Source: Chloroflexota bacterium
Lineage (GTDB): Bacteria > Chloroflexota > Dormibacteria > Aeolococcales > Aeolococcaceae
DNA: 38,902 bases
NCBI GenBank assembly: GCA_028287625.1
Contig: JAQBPH010000262.1
Span: 1 to 38,902, forward strand
Reading direction: 5' to 3'
A program made the position numbers and the translations under genes. Shown here piece by piece: positions 25,946 through 36,194 of the stretch; the stretch's first letter is position 1; each line of letters opens with the position of its first letter. Below the pieces are notes generated by a model. It ran no database searches. It was not told the DNA's origin and was given only the letters and a program-made list of their open reading frames with translations.

Positions 25946-26389
25946 ATGTTCGATGCCTTCGTCGCTCGGCTTCGGTGTCCCGGTTGCGACACAGTGGCGG
26001 CAGACGCCGAGATACAGACCCACATCCGCGGCAGTTCGGCCGACGGCTCTTCACTCGGAGTCGGCTTCGAGTTCCACCCGCTCGAACTCACCAGTGAGAG
26101 TATCGTCGATGCCGGCTATGCACTCGTGAGCCCTCCCGATCCCGATGGGCCGATTCGGCTGCTCGACGTCTGGATCTGCCCGCAATGCCGGGCCGAACAG
26201 TGGGCGATGGTGGAGATAGTAGATCCAAAAATCCGCAGCATCGAAGCGGTGAATCTGGACCGCGCGACCTTGGAATCCGCGAACTTCATATCTGACATCA
26301 ACGCGGACTTGCTCGCGGAGGCGGTGACGGATGAGGGACCGGCCATGGGCGCGAGCAGCGTGGAGATCCTCCGCCAACGACTTCCATGA
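25946..26389 (+). CDS. Candidate immunity protein, paralog 2
   Basis: MFDAFVARLRCPGCDTVAADAEIQTHIRG...CPQCRAEQWAMVEI...VEILRQRLP*. Full-length paralog of 25432..25944. Confidence 0.75.
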   Translation: MFDAFVARLRCPGCDTVAADAEIQTHIRGSSADGSSLGVGFEFHPLELTSESIVDAGYALVSPPDPDGPIRLLDVWICPQCRAEQWAMVEIVDPKIRSIEAVNLDRATLESANFISDINADLLAEAVTDEGPAMGASSVEILRQRLP

Positions 26390-26474
26390 GATGGAGTGGG
26401 GGGACTCGCCGGGTTTCATGGTCGTCACCAAGGGCCGCATCCTCGCCGTAATACCGGTGCCCTAAGGGGTTAGC

Positions 26475-26924
26475 ATGTTTGATGTTTTCGTCGCCCGGCT
26501 CCGGTGCCCCGGTTGCGACACGGTGGTAGCGGACGCCGAGATACAGACCCACATCCGGGGCAGTTCGGCCGATAGCTCTTCACTCGGAGTGGGCTTCGAG
26601 TTCCATCCGCTCGACCTCACCACCGAGAGTCTCGTTGACTCGGGCTATGCACCGGTGAACCCTCCCGATCCCAATGGGCCGATCAGGCTGCTCGATGTCT
26701 GGATCTGCTGGCAGTGCAAGACCGAACAGTGGGCGATGGTGGAGATCGCCGACCGAAAAATCCGCAGCATCGAAGCGGTGAGGCTGGACCGCACGACCTT
26801 GGAATCCGCGAACTTCATCTCTGACAGCGACGCGGACTTGCTTGCGGAGGCGCTGAGGCGTCAGGGACCAGTCTTGGGCGCGAGCAGCATGGAGATCCTC
26901 CGGCAACGACTTCCCACGGGATAG
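26475..26924 (+). CDS. Candidate immunity protein, paralog 3
   Basis: MFDVFVARLRCPGCDTVVADAEIQTHIRG...CWQCKTEQWAMVEI...MEILRQRLPTG*. Full-length paralog. Confidence 0.75.
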   Translation: MFDVFVARLRCPGCDTVVADAEIQTHIRGSSADSSSLGVGFEFHPLDLTTESLVDSGYAPVNPPDPNGPIRLLDVWICWQCKTEQWAMVEIADRKIRSIEAVRLDRTTLESANFISDSDADLLAEALRRQGPVLGASSMEILRQRLPTG

Positions 26925-26955
26925 ATTCGTTCGCCGCGAGTTCCATGGTCAGTGG

Positions 26956-28155
26956 TCAGCCGAGCAGCCGCTGCGCCTGCAGCGCCAGCCACAGGCGGTG
27001 GCGCACGGCCGGGTCGTCGAGATCGACCGCGAGCCGGGTGGCGATGCGCTCCAGGCGGTACACGACGGTGTGCCGGTGGATGCCGAGCTGCGTTGCGGCG
27101 TCGCCGAGGCTGCGCGCCTCCAGCACCGCCTCGAGGGTGCGGAGCTGCTCGGCGCTGCGGGCGCTGCCGTCGACCATGCCTCCGAGGAGGCGCTCGACGT
27201 GGGCCCGCAGCGCGTCGGGGTCGGCGTCGAGGGCGGCGAAGACGCCCAGCTCGACGTCCTCGTGCACCAGCTCGCCGGGACGCAGCCGGCGGCCCACGTC
27301 CAGGGCGCGGTGGGCGCGGCGCGCGGCCGCGGCGACCTCCTCGAGCGAGGCGGCCACGGGTCCCACCCCGATCACCAGGGCCCCCTCGGCCTCCGGCGCC
27401 ATCGCCCGCATGCCGTCGCCGAGGAGGCGCTCGACCCCTGCCTCCCCGTCCACCAGCGCGGTCCACACCCCCCGGTCGCCGGCCACCAGCAGCCCGCGGG
27501 CGGAGCGCCAGGCGGCGCCGAGCAGGCGGTCGGCGTCGACGCCGGGGGCGACCGCGCAGGCGAGCAGCCGGTAGGGCGGCCGCAGCTCCAGGTCGCAGGC
27601 GGCCGCGAGCCGGCGCAGCTCGGTCGAGGCGTCGCCGGCGAGGAGCCGGCCGAGGACCCGGTCGCGCTCGCGGTCGCGCTGCCGGACCAGCCGCTCGCGG
27701 GTCTCGAGGTAGGCGCTGCCCACCGCCCCGCTGATCTCGTCGAGGTACTCGAGCACCTGCTCGCTCAGCGCCACCACCGTCTCGGGGGGTAGCCCGCCCA
27801 TGCGGGTGGCGGCGTCGACCACCTCGCGCCAGACCACCTTGGCGGCGAGCCGGTAGCCGCGCAGCAGCACCTCCAGGGGCACCCCGAGCTCGGCCTGCTG
27901 GGCGCCGGCGAGGCCCAGGGTGGCGAGCTCCGCAGGGTGGGGCCGCCGGCCGTCGTGGAGCTGCCGCAGCAGCGCATGCAGGCCGTCGCGGCAGGCGGCG
28001 ACGATGGCCCGCAGGTACCGCATCCTGCTGAACTCGGGGGGCAGCTCCAGCTCCTCGCTGAGGCGGCGGGCGAGGCGGCGGGCGATCTCGTCCGAGCCGG
28101 CGAGCAGGGTGGCGCTGACCTCGGCCGGCAGCCGGGGCGTCTCGGTGGTCGTCAT
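26956..28155 (-). CDS. PucR/CdaR-family transcriptional regulator
   Basis: C-terminal HTH LGDAATQLGIHRHTVVYRLERIATRLAVDLDDP. 399 aa. Divergent from the ferritin-like gene. Confidence 0.85.
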   Translation of the reverse strand: MTTTETPRLPAEVSATLLAGSDEIARRLARRLSEELELPPEFSRMRYLRAIVAACRDGLHALLRQLHDGRRPHPAELATLGLAGAQQAELGVPLEVLLRGYRLAAKVVWREVVDAATRMGGLPPETVVALSEQVLEYLDEISGAVGSAYLETRERLVRQRDRERDRVLGRLLAGDASTELRRLAAACDLELRPPYRLLACAVAPGVDADRLLGAAWRSARGLLVAGDRGVWTALVDGEAGVERLLGDGMRAMAPEAEGALVIGVGPVAASLEEVAAAARRAHRALDVGRRLRPGELVHEDVELGVFAALDADPDALRAHVERLLGGMVDGSARSAEQLRTLEAVLEARSLGDAATQLGIHRHTVVYRLERIATRLAVDLDDPAVRHRLWLALQAQRLLG

Positions 28156-28257
28156 GGATGGATATCGATCATATGGTCACGGTGGCCAATTTTTCGGCGT
28201 GGAGCGGTGGTGCGGGGCCGATGACTTGGCCGGGCTGTAGGAACGACAATACTGACA

Positions 28258-29052
28258 ATGCTGTATGGAGAACTCTTCGACCGCCTCGAGCGGGCCCGGT
28301 GGCAGCTGCGCACCGACATCCCGTACCACGAGATCGATCGCTCCAAGGTGAGCGACCAGTGGATCCACGACCTGCGACAGGTCTGCCTCACCGAGTTGAG
28401 CGCCCTGTACGCCACCGAGATGTTCCTCCGCGACTTCTACACGGACATCGACTTCTGCAGCTTCGTCTCCATCTGGTTCTACGAGGAGATGAAGCACTAC
28501 CTGACCCTGCGCCGCTACCTCGAGCACTTCGGGCAGGAGTTCGACGACGAGGGCGAGCTGCCCCGGCTGCGCCTCACCTTCGCCGAGGGGCCGGCGATCG
28601 AGACCCTCACCATGCACTTCTGCGGCGAGCAGCGCCTCGCCCACTGGTACACGGCGTTCAGCCGCGAGGCTCCCGAGCCCGTGCTGGGGCTGATCTTCAA
28701 GACCCTCGCCGCCGACGAGCTGCGCCACGCCGCCTGCTACGCCAGCTACCTGCGCAAGGCGGTCAAGAACCGGCCCGAGGTCCTGCCCGACATCCTGCGC
28801 ATGACCCTGTGGATGCTGCGCAGCACCAACGACGCCCCCAAGCACCCGACCGCCATCACCGTGCCGTCGGTGGTCTCCAAGCTGGAGGACCCGGAGTACG
28901 TCCAGCGGATGCTCAACCTGTACCTCCCGGGCCGTGACCACGAGGCGCCGGTGCAGCGCCGGGTGCTGGCGGTGATGTCGGAGCTCGCCGGCGAGCGCAT
29001 CGAGAAGGTGAAGGACCTGCTGCCGCTGATCCGCGGCGCGCAGGTCGCCTGA
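28258..29052 (+). CDS. Ferritin-like di-iron carboxylate protein (two ExxH motifs)
   Basis: WFYEEMKHY and LAADELRHAACY give the E...ExxH x2 arrangement of four-helix-bundle di-iron enzymes. 264 aa. Confidence 0.65.
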   Translation: MLYGELFDRLERARWQLRTDIPYHEIDRSKVSDQWIHDLRQVCLTELSALYATEMFLRDFYTDIDFCSFVSIWFYEEMKHYLTLRRYLEHFGQEFDDEGELPRLRLTFAEGPAIETLTMHFCGEQRLAHWYTAFSREAPEPVLGLIFKTLAADELRHAACYASYLRKAVKNRPEVLPDILRMTLWMLRSTNDAPKHPTAITVPSVVSKLEDPEYVQRMLNLYLPGRDHEAPVQRRVLAVMSELAGERIEKVKDLLPLIRGAQVA

Positions 29053-29092
29053 GCCGGGCCCGCCGCGGCTCGGGGCCGATCGGGGCCGCTCC

Positions 29093-29098
29093 TATAAT
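29093..29098 (+). promoter_or_regulatory. Consensus -10 hexamer TATAAT, 6 nt upstream of the acyP ATG (candidate leaderless mRNA)
   Basis: The sequence ctccTATAATcggcccATG has no SD. The expected transcription start coincides with the A of ATG 29105. Confidence 0.4.
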
Positions 29099-29104
29099 CG
29101 GCCC

Positions 29105-29389
29105 ATGACCGAGCCCCGCGTCCGCGTCCGCGCCCTGGTGCGGGGACGGGTGCAGGCGGTCGGCTTCCGCGCCTTCGTCCTCCACCACGCCCGGGCGCTG
29201 GGGCTGGGCGGCACCGTCGCCAACCGGCCCGACGGCACCGTCGAGTGCGTCGCCGAGGGCAGCCCCTCCTCCGTCGACGCGCTGGTCGAGCGGCTCCGCC
29301 GGGGACCGCTCGGCGCCCGGGTCGAGGGTCTCGAGGTGCGCCCCGAGGAGCCGCGCGGCGAGGGCGCGCCGATGCGGGTCACCGCGTGA
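29105..29389 (+). CDS. acyP: Acylphosphatase
   Basis: VRVRALVRGRVQAVGFRAFV...GLGGTVANRPDGTVECVAEG. The V-x-G-x-V-Q-G-V-x-F-R type signature is present as GRVQAVGFR. 94 aa. Confidence 0.9.
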   Translation: MTEPRVRVRALVRGRVQAVGFRAFVLHHARALGLGGTVANRPDGTVECVAEGSPSSVDALVERLRRGPLGARVEGLEVRPEEPRGEGAPMRVTA

Positions 29390-30576
29390 CGCTCCGCTTC
29401 GCAGAGCGAATGTCACGGCTGGGCACCGAGGGCGCCTTCGAGGTGCTCGCCCAGGCGCGGGTGCTCGAGGCCCAGGGCCGCGACGTCATCCACCTGGAGA
29501 TCGGCGAGCCCGACTTCGAGACCCCGCCGAACATCGTCGAGGCCGCGGTGTCGGCGATGCGTGGCGGCCACACGCACTACACCCCGGCCAGCGGGATCAT
29601 GGACGTGCGCGAGGCGGTCGCCCGCTCGGTGACCGAGAGCACCGGCGTCGACACCTCGCCGCTCAACGTGGTCCTGACCCCCGGCAGCAAGAACATCATC
29701 CACTTCGCGCTGCTGAGCCTGGTGTCCCCAGGCGACGAGGTGCTCGTGCCCGACCCGGGATACCCGAACTACGCGTCGCTGACCAACTTCGTCGGCGCGG
29801 TGCCGGTGCCGGTGCCGATGCGTGAGGAGCGCGGCTTCCGGCTCGACGTCGAGGAGTTGCGGCAACTGGTGACCGATCGCACCCGGATGATCATCATCAA
29901 CACCCCCGCCAACCCCACCGGCGGCTGCCTCGAGCCCTCCGACGTCGTCGCCATCGCCGATCTGGCGATGGAGCGCGACCTGGTGGTGCTGAGCGACGAG
30001 CTCTACTGGCGGCTGATCTACGAGGGCGAGCACGTCTCGCCGTACTCCATCCCCGGCATGGCCGAGCGCACCGTGCTCATCGACGGTCTCAGCAAGGCGT
30101 GGGCGATGTGCGGCTGGCGGCTCGGGATGGGGGTGATGCCGGTCGAGCTGGCCCGGCGCATGGACACGCTGATGATCAACACGTCCTCGTGCGCCGCCTC
30201 GTTCACCCAGGTGGCCGCGGTCGAGGCGCTGCACTCGCCGCACTCCGACGCTGCCGTCGACGCCATGCGCGAGGAGTTCCGCACCCGGCGCGACCTGCTC
30301 GTCGAGGGGCTGAACCGCATCCCCGGGGTGCGCTGCCACCGTCCCGCCGGCGCCTTCTACGTCTTCCCGAACATCACCGGCACGGGGTGGGACGAGGGCG
30401 CCCTGGCGCACTCCCTGCTCCACGAGGCCGGGGTGGCGCTGCTCCCCGGCACCGCCTTCGGCGCTCACGGCGCCGGCTTCCTCCGGCTCTCCTACGCCAA
30501 CTCGATCCCCAACCTGGAGCGTGCCCTCGACCGCATCGCCGTCCACCTCGCCGCCGCCGAGCCCGCGGCGTCGTAG
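29386..30576 (+). CDS. Class I/II pyridoxal-phosphate aminotransferase (aspartate/aromatic type)
   Basis: GTGA overlap with acyP. Motifs: IHLEIGEPDFETP, NTPANPTGG and PLP-Lys motif LSKAWAMCGWRLG. Confidence 0.88.
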   Translation: MTLRFAERMSRLGTEGAFEVLAQARVLEAQGRDVIHLEIGEPDFETPPNIVEAAVSAMRGGHTHYTPASGIMDVREAVARSVTESTGVDTSPLNVVLTPGSKNIIHFALLSLVSPGDEVLVPDPGYPNYASLTNFVGAVPVPVPMREERGFRLDVEELRQLVTDRTRMIIINTPANPTGGCLEPSDVVAIADLAMERDLVVLSDELYWRLIYEGEHVSPYSIPGMAERTVLIDGLSKAWAMCGWRLGMGVMPVELARRMDTLMINTSSCAASFTQVAAVEALHSPHSDAAVDAMREEFRTRRDLLVEGLNRIPGVRCHRPAGAFYVFPNITGTGWDEGALAHSLLHEAGVALLPGTAFGAHGAGFLRLSYANSIPNLERALDRIAVHLAAAEPAAS

Positions 30577-30586
30577 CCGGTCGACC

Positions 30587-32110
30587 GTGTCCTCGCCCCC
30601 GGCGGTGACCACCCCGCCGAGCTGCCGACCCGGACTGGAGGCGGTGCGCGCGCTCGCCGCCGACCACGACCTGGTGCCGGTGGTCAGCGAGCTGCTCGCC
30701 GACTGCGACACCCCGGTGAGCGCCTTCCTGCGGCTCGAGGAGGAGGGGGCCTTCCTGCTCGAGTCGGTCGAGGGCGGCGAGCGGCTCGCCCGCTACTCCT
30801 TCCTCGCCGCCGCCCCGCTGTCGACGATCGCGCTGGACGGCGGCACGGCGACCGTCACCGGTCCCGCGGGCACCCGCACGGAGAGCTACACCGACCCCCT
30901 CGAGGTGGTCGAGCGTGCGGTCTCGCGGCTGCGGGTGGCCCCGCTCGACGGCCTCGACGTGCCCTTCCGCGGTGGCGCGGTCGGCTTCCTCTCCTATGAG
31001 GCGGCGACCCGCTTCGAGCGGGTGCCGGTGGCCGCCCACGACCGGCTCGGCATCCCCCACGGCTGGTTCGCGGTGGTGGACACCGTGATCGTCTTCGACC
31101 ACGCCCTCCACCGCATGTTGCTCATCACCCACGCGCACACCGGCGAGGGCGCCGACGTCGACGCCGCCTACGCCGGCGCGGTGCGCCGGCTGGGCGACCT
31201 GCGCGACCGCCTGCGCCGGCCGTTGCCGCCCCCGGCGCCACTGCCCGCCGAGCCCGCGGTGGTGCCCGACCGCGAGGCGCTGGCCAACCTCAGCCGCGAC
31301 GACTTCGTGCGCAGCGTCCGCCGCTGCAGCGAGTACATCCTCGCCGGCGACATCTTCCAGGTGCAGATCGGCCGTCGCTTCGCGCTGCCGCTGCGGGTGG
31401 CGCCCTTCGACCTCTACCGGGCGCTCCGCTCCATCAACCCCAGCCCCTACATGTTCTTCCTGCCCACGCCCTCGTGCGCGGTGGTGGGGGCGTCGCCGGA
31501 GATGCTGGTGCGGGTCACCGGCCGCCACGTCGAGTACCACCCCATCGCCGGCACCCGCCGCCGCGGCTCCACCCCCGAGCGCGACCTCGAGCTGGAGCGC
31601 CAGCTGCGCGACAGCGAGAAGGAGCGCGCCGAGCACCTCATGCTCGTCGACCTCGGACGCAACGACCTCGGGCGGGTGTGCACCACCGGCAGCGTGCGGG
31701 TGACCGAGTACATGGAGGTGGAGCGCTACTCCCACGTCATGCACCTGGTGAGCACCATCACCGGGACGCTGCGCAGCGGCGCCACCGCGCTCGACGCGCT
31801 CCGCGCCTGCTTCCCGGCGGGCACGGTCACCGGTGCCCCCAAGCTGCGCGCCATGGAGATCATCGCCGAGCAGGAGCCCGAGACGCGGGGCGTCTACGCC
31901 GGCGCGGTGGGCTACCTCGCATTCGGCGGCAACCTCGACACCGCGATCGCGCTGCGCACCCTGGTGGTGCGCGACGGCGTCGCCTACGCCCAGGCCTCGG
32001 CGGGCATCGTCGCCGACTCCGAGCCCCACGAGGAGGCGTTGGAGATCGACAACAAGGTGGCGGCGCTGCTGGCGGCGGTCGAGCGCGCCAACCAGGGGCT
32101 GGGCCGGTGA
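30587..32110 (+). CDS. trpE: Anthranilate synthase component I
   Basis: LLADCDTPVSAF, LLESVEGGE, INPSPYMFF, ERAEHLMLVDLGRNDLGRV and GAPKLRAMEII...RGVYAGAVGY. GTG 30587 lies 10 nt after the upstream stop. Confidence 0.92.
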   Translation: MSSPPAVTTPPSCRPGLEAVRALAADHDLVPVVSELLADCDTPVSAFLRLEEEGAFLLESVEGGERLARYSFLAAAPLSTIALDGGTATVTGPAGTRTESYTDPLEVVERAVSRLRVAPLDGLDVPFRGGAVGFLSYEAATRFERVPVAAHDRLGIPHGWFAVVDTVIVFDHALHRMLLITHAHTGEGADVDAAYAGAVRRLGDLRDRLRRPLPPPAPLPAEPAVVPDREALANLSRDDFVRSVRRCSEYILAGDIFQVQIGRRFALPLRVAPFDLYRALRSINPSPYMFFLPTPSCAVVGASPEMLVRVTGRHVEYHPIAGTRRRGSTPERDLELERQLRDSEKERAEHLMLVDLGRNDLGRVCTTGSVRVTEYMEVERYSHVMHLVSTITGTLRSGATALDALRACFPAGTVTGAPKLRAMEIIAEQEPETRGVYAGAVGYLAFGGNLDTAIALRTLVVRDGVAYAQASAGIVADSEPHEEALEIDNKVAALLAAVERANQGLGR

Positions 32111-32727
32111 GCGCGGGGTCTCTCCGCGGGGTTGTGGCCGTGGTCGACAACTACGACTCCTTCACCTACAACCTGGTGCAGTACCTGGGCGAGCTGGGTG
32201 CCGCCACCGCGGTCTTCCGCAACGACGCGGTGGCTGTGGAGGCCCTGGCCGCGATGGAGCCGGCCGCGGTGGTGATCTCCCCGGGCCCCTGCGACCCCGA
32301 CCAGGCGGGCATCTCGCTGGAGGTGGTGGCCCGCCTGGGTGCGACCATCCCGCTGCTCGGCGTCTGCCTCGGTCACCAGGCCATCGGGCAGGCGTATGGT
32401 GGGCGGGTGGTGCGCGCCCCACGGGTGATGCACGGGAAGGTGAGCGAGATCCACCACGACGGCGCCGGCATCCTCGAGGGCCTGCCCAGGCCCTTCTCCG
32501 CCACCCGCTACCACTCCCTGGTGGTGGAGCGGGAGTCGATGCCCGCCTGCCTCGAGGTCACCGCCTGGACCGCCGACGGGCTGGTGATGGGGCTGCGCCA
32601 CCGCGAGCACCCGGTCGAGGGGGTGCAGTTCCATCCCGAGTCGATCGCCACCCGCTGCGGCCACGACCTGCTCGGCGGCTTCCTGCGCCGCGCCGGGGTG
32701 CCCTGCGCCTCCGAGGTGCCGGCATGA
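32107..32727 (+). CDS. trpG: Anthranilate synthase component II (glutamine amidotransferase)
   Basis: VVDNYDSFTYNLVQYL, ISPGPCDP, GVCLGHQAIG and GVQFHPESI. 206 aa, too short for a TrpG-TrpD fusion. GTGA overlap. Confidence 0.92.
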   Translation: MSAGSLRGVVAVVDNYDSFTYNLVQYLGELGAATAVFRNDAVAVEALAAMEPAAVVISPGPCDPDQAGISLEVVARLGATIPLLGVCLGHQAIGQAYGGRVVRAPRVMHGKVSEIHHDGAGILEGLPRPFSATRYHSLVVERESMPACLEVTAWTADGLVMGLRHREHPVEGVQFHPESIATRCGHDLLGGFLRRAGVPCASEVPA

Positions 32728-33533
32728 GTGGCCGGCTGGGCGCCCTCGAGCCGATCGTGGCCCGCAAGCACGCCGAGGTGGCGGCGCTGCGCCCTCGCGC
32801 CGCCGAGCTCTGGGCGCTCGCCGAGGCGGCCCCGCCGGTGCGCCCGCTGGAGACGGCGCTGCGCGGCGGCACCATCATCGCGGAGATGAAGCGCCGCTCG
32901 CCCAGTGGCGGCTCGCTCCGGCCCGAGCTCGACTGCGCGGCCACCGCGCGGGGCTACGCCGCCGGCGGCGCCGCCGCCCTCTCGGTGCTGACCGACGGGC
33001 CCTCGTTCGGCGGCTCGCTCGACGACCTGGTCGCCGCCCGCGACGCGGCCGCGCTGCCGGTGGTGCGCAAGGACTTCGTCGTCGACCCGCTGCAGGTGGC
33101 CGAGGCCCGGGCGGCCGGGGCCGACGCGGTGCTGCTGATCGTCGCCGTGCTCGGCCCCGCCGGGATCGACGAGTGCCTCGAGGCGGCGGCGCGCTGCCGC
33201 ATCGCCGCCCTGGTCGAGGCCCACGAGGCCGAGGAGGTGGCCATCGCGGTCGCCGCGGACGCCGCCGTGGTGGGCATCAACAACCGCGACCTGCGCACCC
33301 TGCGCACCGACCTGGCCACCTTCTCCCGGTTGCGGGGCCTGGTGCCGTCGGGGACCGTCTGCGTCGCCGAGTCGGGGGTGGCCAGTGCCGCCGATGCCGC
33401 CCGGCTGGTGGCGGAGGGCGCCGACGCGGTGCTCTGCGGGGAGGCGCTGATGCGCGCCGGAGAGCCCGGGGGGCGCTGCGCGGAGTTCGCCGCCGCGGCC
33501 CGCGCGGCGGCGCTGGAGCGGGCGCCGCGGTGA
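32724..33533 (+). CDS. trpC: Indole-3-glycerol phosphate synthase
   Basis: IIAEMKRRSPSGG, ALSVLTD..FGGS, PVVRKDFVVDPLQV, VEAHE and VVGINNRDLRT. ATGA overlap. Confidence 0.9.
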   Translation: MSGRLGALEPIVARKHAEVAALRPRAAELWALAEAAPPVRPLETALRGGTIIAEMKRRSPSGGSLRPELDCAATARGYAAGGAAALSVLTDGPSFGGSLDDLVAARDAAALPVVRKDFVVDPLQVAEARAAGADAVLLIVAVLGPAGIDECLEAAARCRIAALVEAHEAEEVAIAVAADAAVVGINNRDLRTLRTDLATFSRLRGLVPSGTVCVAESGVASAADAARLVAEGADAVLCGEALMRAGEPGGRCAEFAAAARAAALERAPR

Positions 33534-34188
33534 TCGTCAAGGTCTGCGGGGTGCGCACCGCCGAGGTCGCGGAGGCCGCCGTCGACGCCGGCGCCGACCT
33601 GGTCGGCCTGGTCTTCGTCGCCCGCAGCCCGCGGCACGTCGACGACCGCGCCGCCGACGCCGTCCGCGAGGCGGTGGCGGGCCGCGCCGACCTGGTCGGG
33701 GTGCTGGTCGAGCCCCCCGCCGCGCTCTGCGACCACCTCGCCGCCCGCCACCGGCTCGCCGCCGTGCAGGTCCACGGGGAGGTCGATCCCGGGCTGGTCG
33801 CGGAGACCGCGGTGCCGGTCATCCGCGCCCTCAACGCCCGCAGCGCCGCCCACGCCTACACCGACCCGTGGTGGCCGGCGTCGCTGCTGCTCCTCGACTC
33901 CGCGCCGGATGATCCGGCCGCACTCCCCGGGGGCACCGGCCGCCGCCTCCCCGCGGCGTGGGCCGCCGAGGTCGCCCGGCACCGCCGCGTGATCCTCGCG
34001 GGGGGCCTGGGGCCGGACACCGTCGCCGACGCCATCGCCGCGGTCAGGCCCCGCGGGGTCGACGCCTCCAGCGGCCTGGAGAGCGCCCCCGGCGTGAAGG
34101 ACCCGGCACTGGTGCGCGCCTTCGTGCGCACCGCCCGCGCCGCCTTCGACCTGCTCGCGGCCGCGCCCGCGGCGGCGGGGGGGAGGGC

Positions 34189-34192
<4 letters not shown>
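33530..34192 (+). CDS. trpF: Phosphoribosylanthranilate isomerase
   Basis: [12 protein letters not shown]...GADLVGLVF...QVHGE...GGTG...ILAGGL...[13 protein letters not shown] overlap. Confidence 0.88.
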
Positions 34193-35384
<1,192 letters not shown>

Positions 35385-35388
<4 letters not shown>

Positions 35389-36194
35389 GCGTGGCCACGC
35401 CCGCCTCCCGGCTGGCCCAGGCATTCGCCCGGCGGCCGCCGGACGGCCTGCCGGGGCTGATCCCCTATGTCACCGCGGGCTTTCCCAACCGCGGCGACAC
35501 CCCGGCGCTGCTCGCCGCCGTGGAGCGCGCCGGCTGCCTCGCCGCCGAGGTGGGCATCCCCTTCAGCGATCCCCTCGCCGACGGGCCCACCATCCAGCGC
35601 GCCTCCCAGCAGGCGCTCGCCAACGGGGTCACCGTGGCCGGGGCGCTGGCGGCGGTGGCCGAGGCCCGGAACCGGGGGCTGACCATCCCGATCGCGTTCA
35701 TGACCTACGTCAACCCGGTGCTGGCCTTCGGCCTGGAGCGCTTCTGCACCGAGGCCGCGGCGGCGGGCGCGGAGGCGGTGATCGTCCCGGATCTCCCCGA
35801 CGACGAGGCGGCGCAGCTGCGCCAGGCGGCGGACGCGGCCGGGCTTGCCCTAATCTTGCTGGTCGCACCCACCACGACGGCGGCCAGGCTCGAGGCCGCC
35901 TGTCGCCGGGCGACCGGCTTCGTCTACTGCGTCAGCGTCACCGGGGTCACCGGGGCGCGGGCCCACATCTCCCAGGAGGCGATCGACCTGCTCATGCGCG
36001 TGCGGTCCGTCACCAGCCTGCCCCGTGCCCTCGGCTTCGGCCTCTCCCGGCACGAGCACATGCGGGCTCTGCGCGGCCGCGCCGAGGCCGCGGTAGTGGC
36101 CTCGGCGCTGATCGACCGGATCGGCGCGGCCCCGGCCGCCCCGGTGGCCGCCGCCGAGCGCTTCCTCGCCGAGATGCTGGGGGAGGGGCGGTGA
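35385..36194 (+). CDS. trpA: Tryptophan synthase alpha chain
   Basis: [44 protein letters not shown] and GFGLS. GTGA overlap. Confidence 0.92.

Larger units (their letters stand above)
25363..26924. repeat. Three tandem direct repeats of about 0.5 kb, each a roughly 60-nt leader plus a small CxxC...CxxC gene
   Basis: Leaders 25363-25431, 25885-25945 and 26405-26474 are alignable (gtcatcgagggccgcatcc...ataccggtgccctag and variants). The ORFs that follow are paralogous along their full length. Confidence 0.85.

Noticed and set aside
25363-26924. Could the three direct repeats be a CRISPR array or an IS element?
   Set aside because: The units are about 0.5 kb each and protein-coding. There are no short repeat-spacer periodicity, terminal inverted repeats or transposase.
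26952-27734. Plus-strand ORF of 260 aa, extremely rich in Arg/Pro/Gly/Ala (RRRGRRRRPARRPRAP...).
   Set aside because: It is antisense to the well-supported PucR regulator, and the low-complexity composition is an artefact of the GC-rich reverse frame.
28245-28259. Direct repeat GACAAT-ACT-GACAAT overlapping the start of the di-iron protein gene; considered as a regulatory repeat.
   Set aside because: It is too short to distinguish from chance. The first copy is noted only as a weak -10 candidate.
32107-32727. Possibility that trpD is fused to trpG or hidden between trpG and trpC.
   Set aside because: TrpG is 206 aa, ends in an ATGA overlap with trpC, and no other frame in this interval shows phosphoribosyltransferase motifs.
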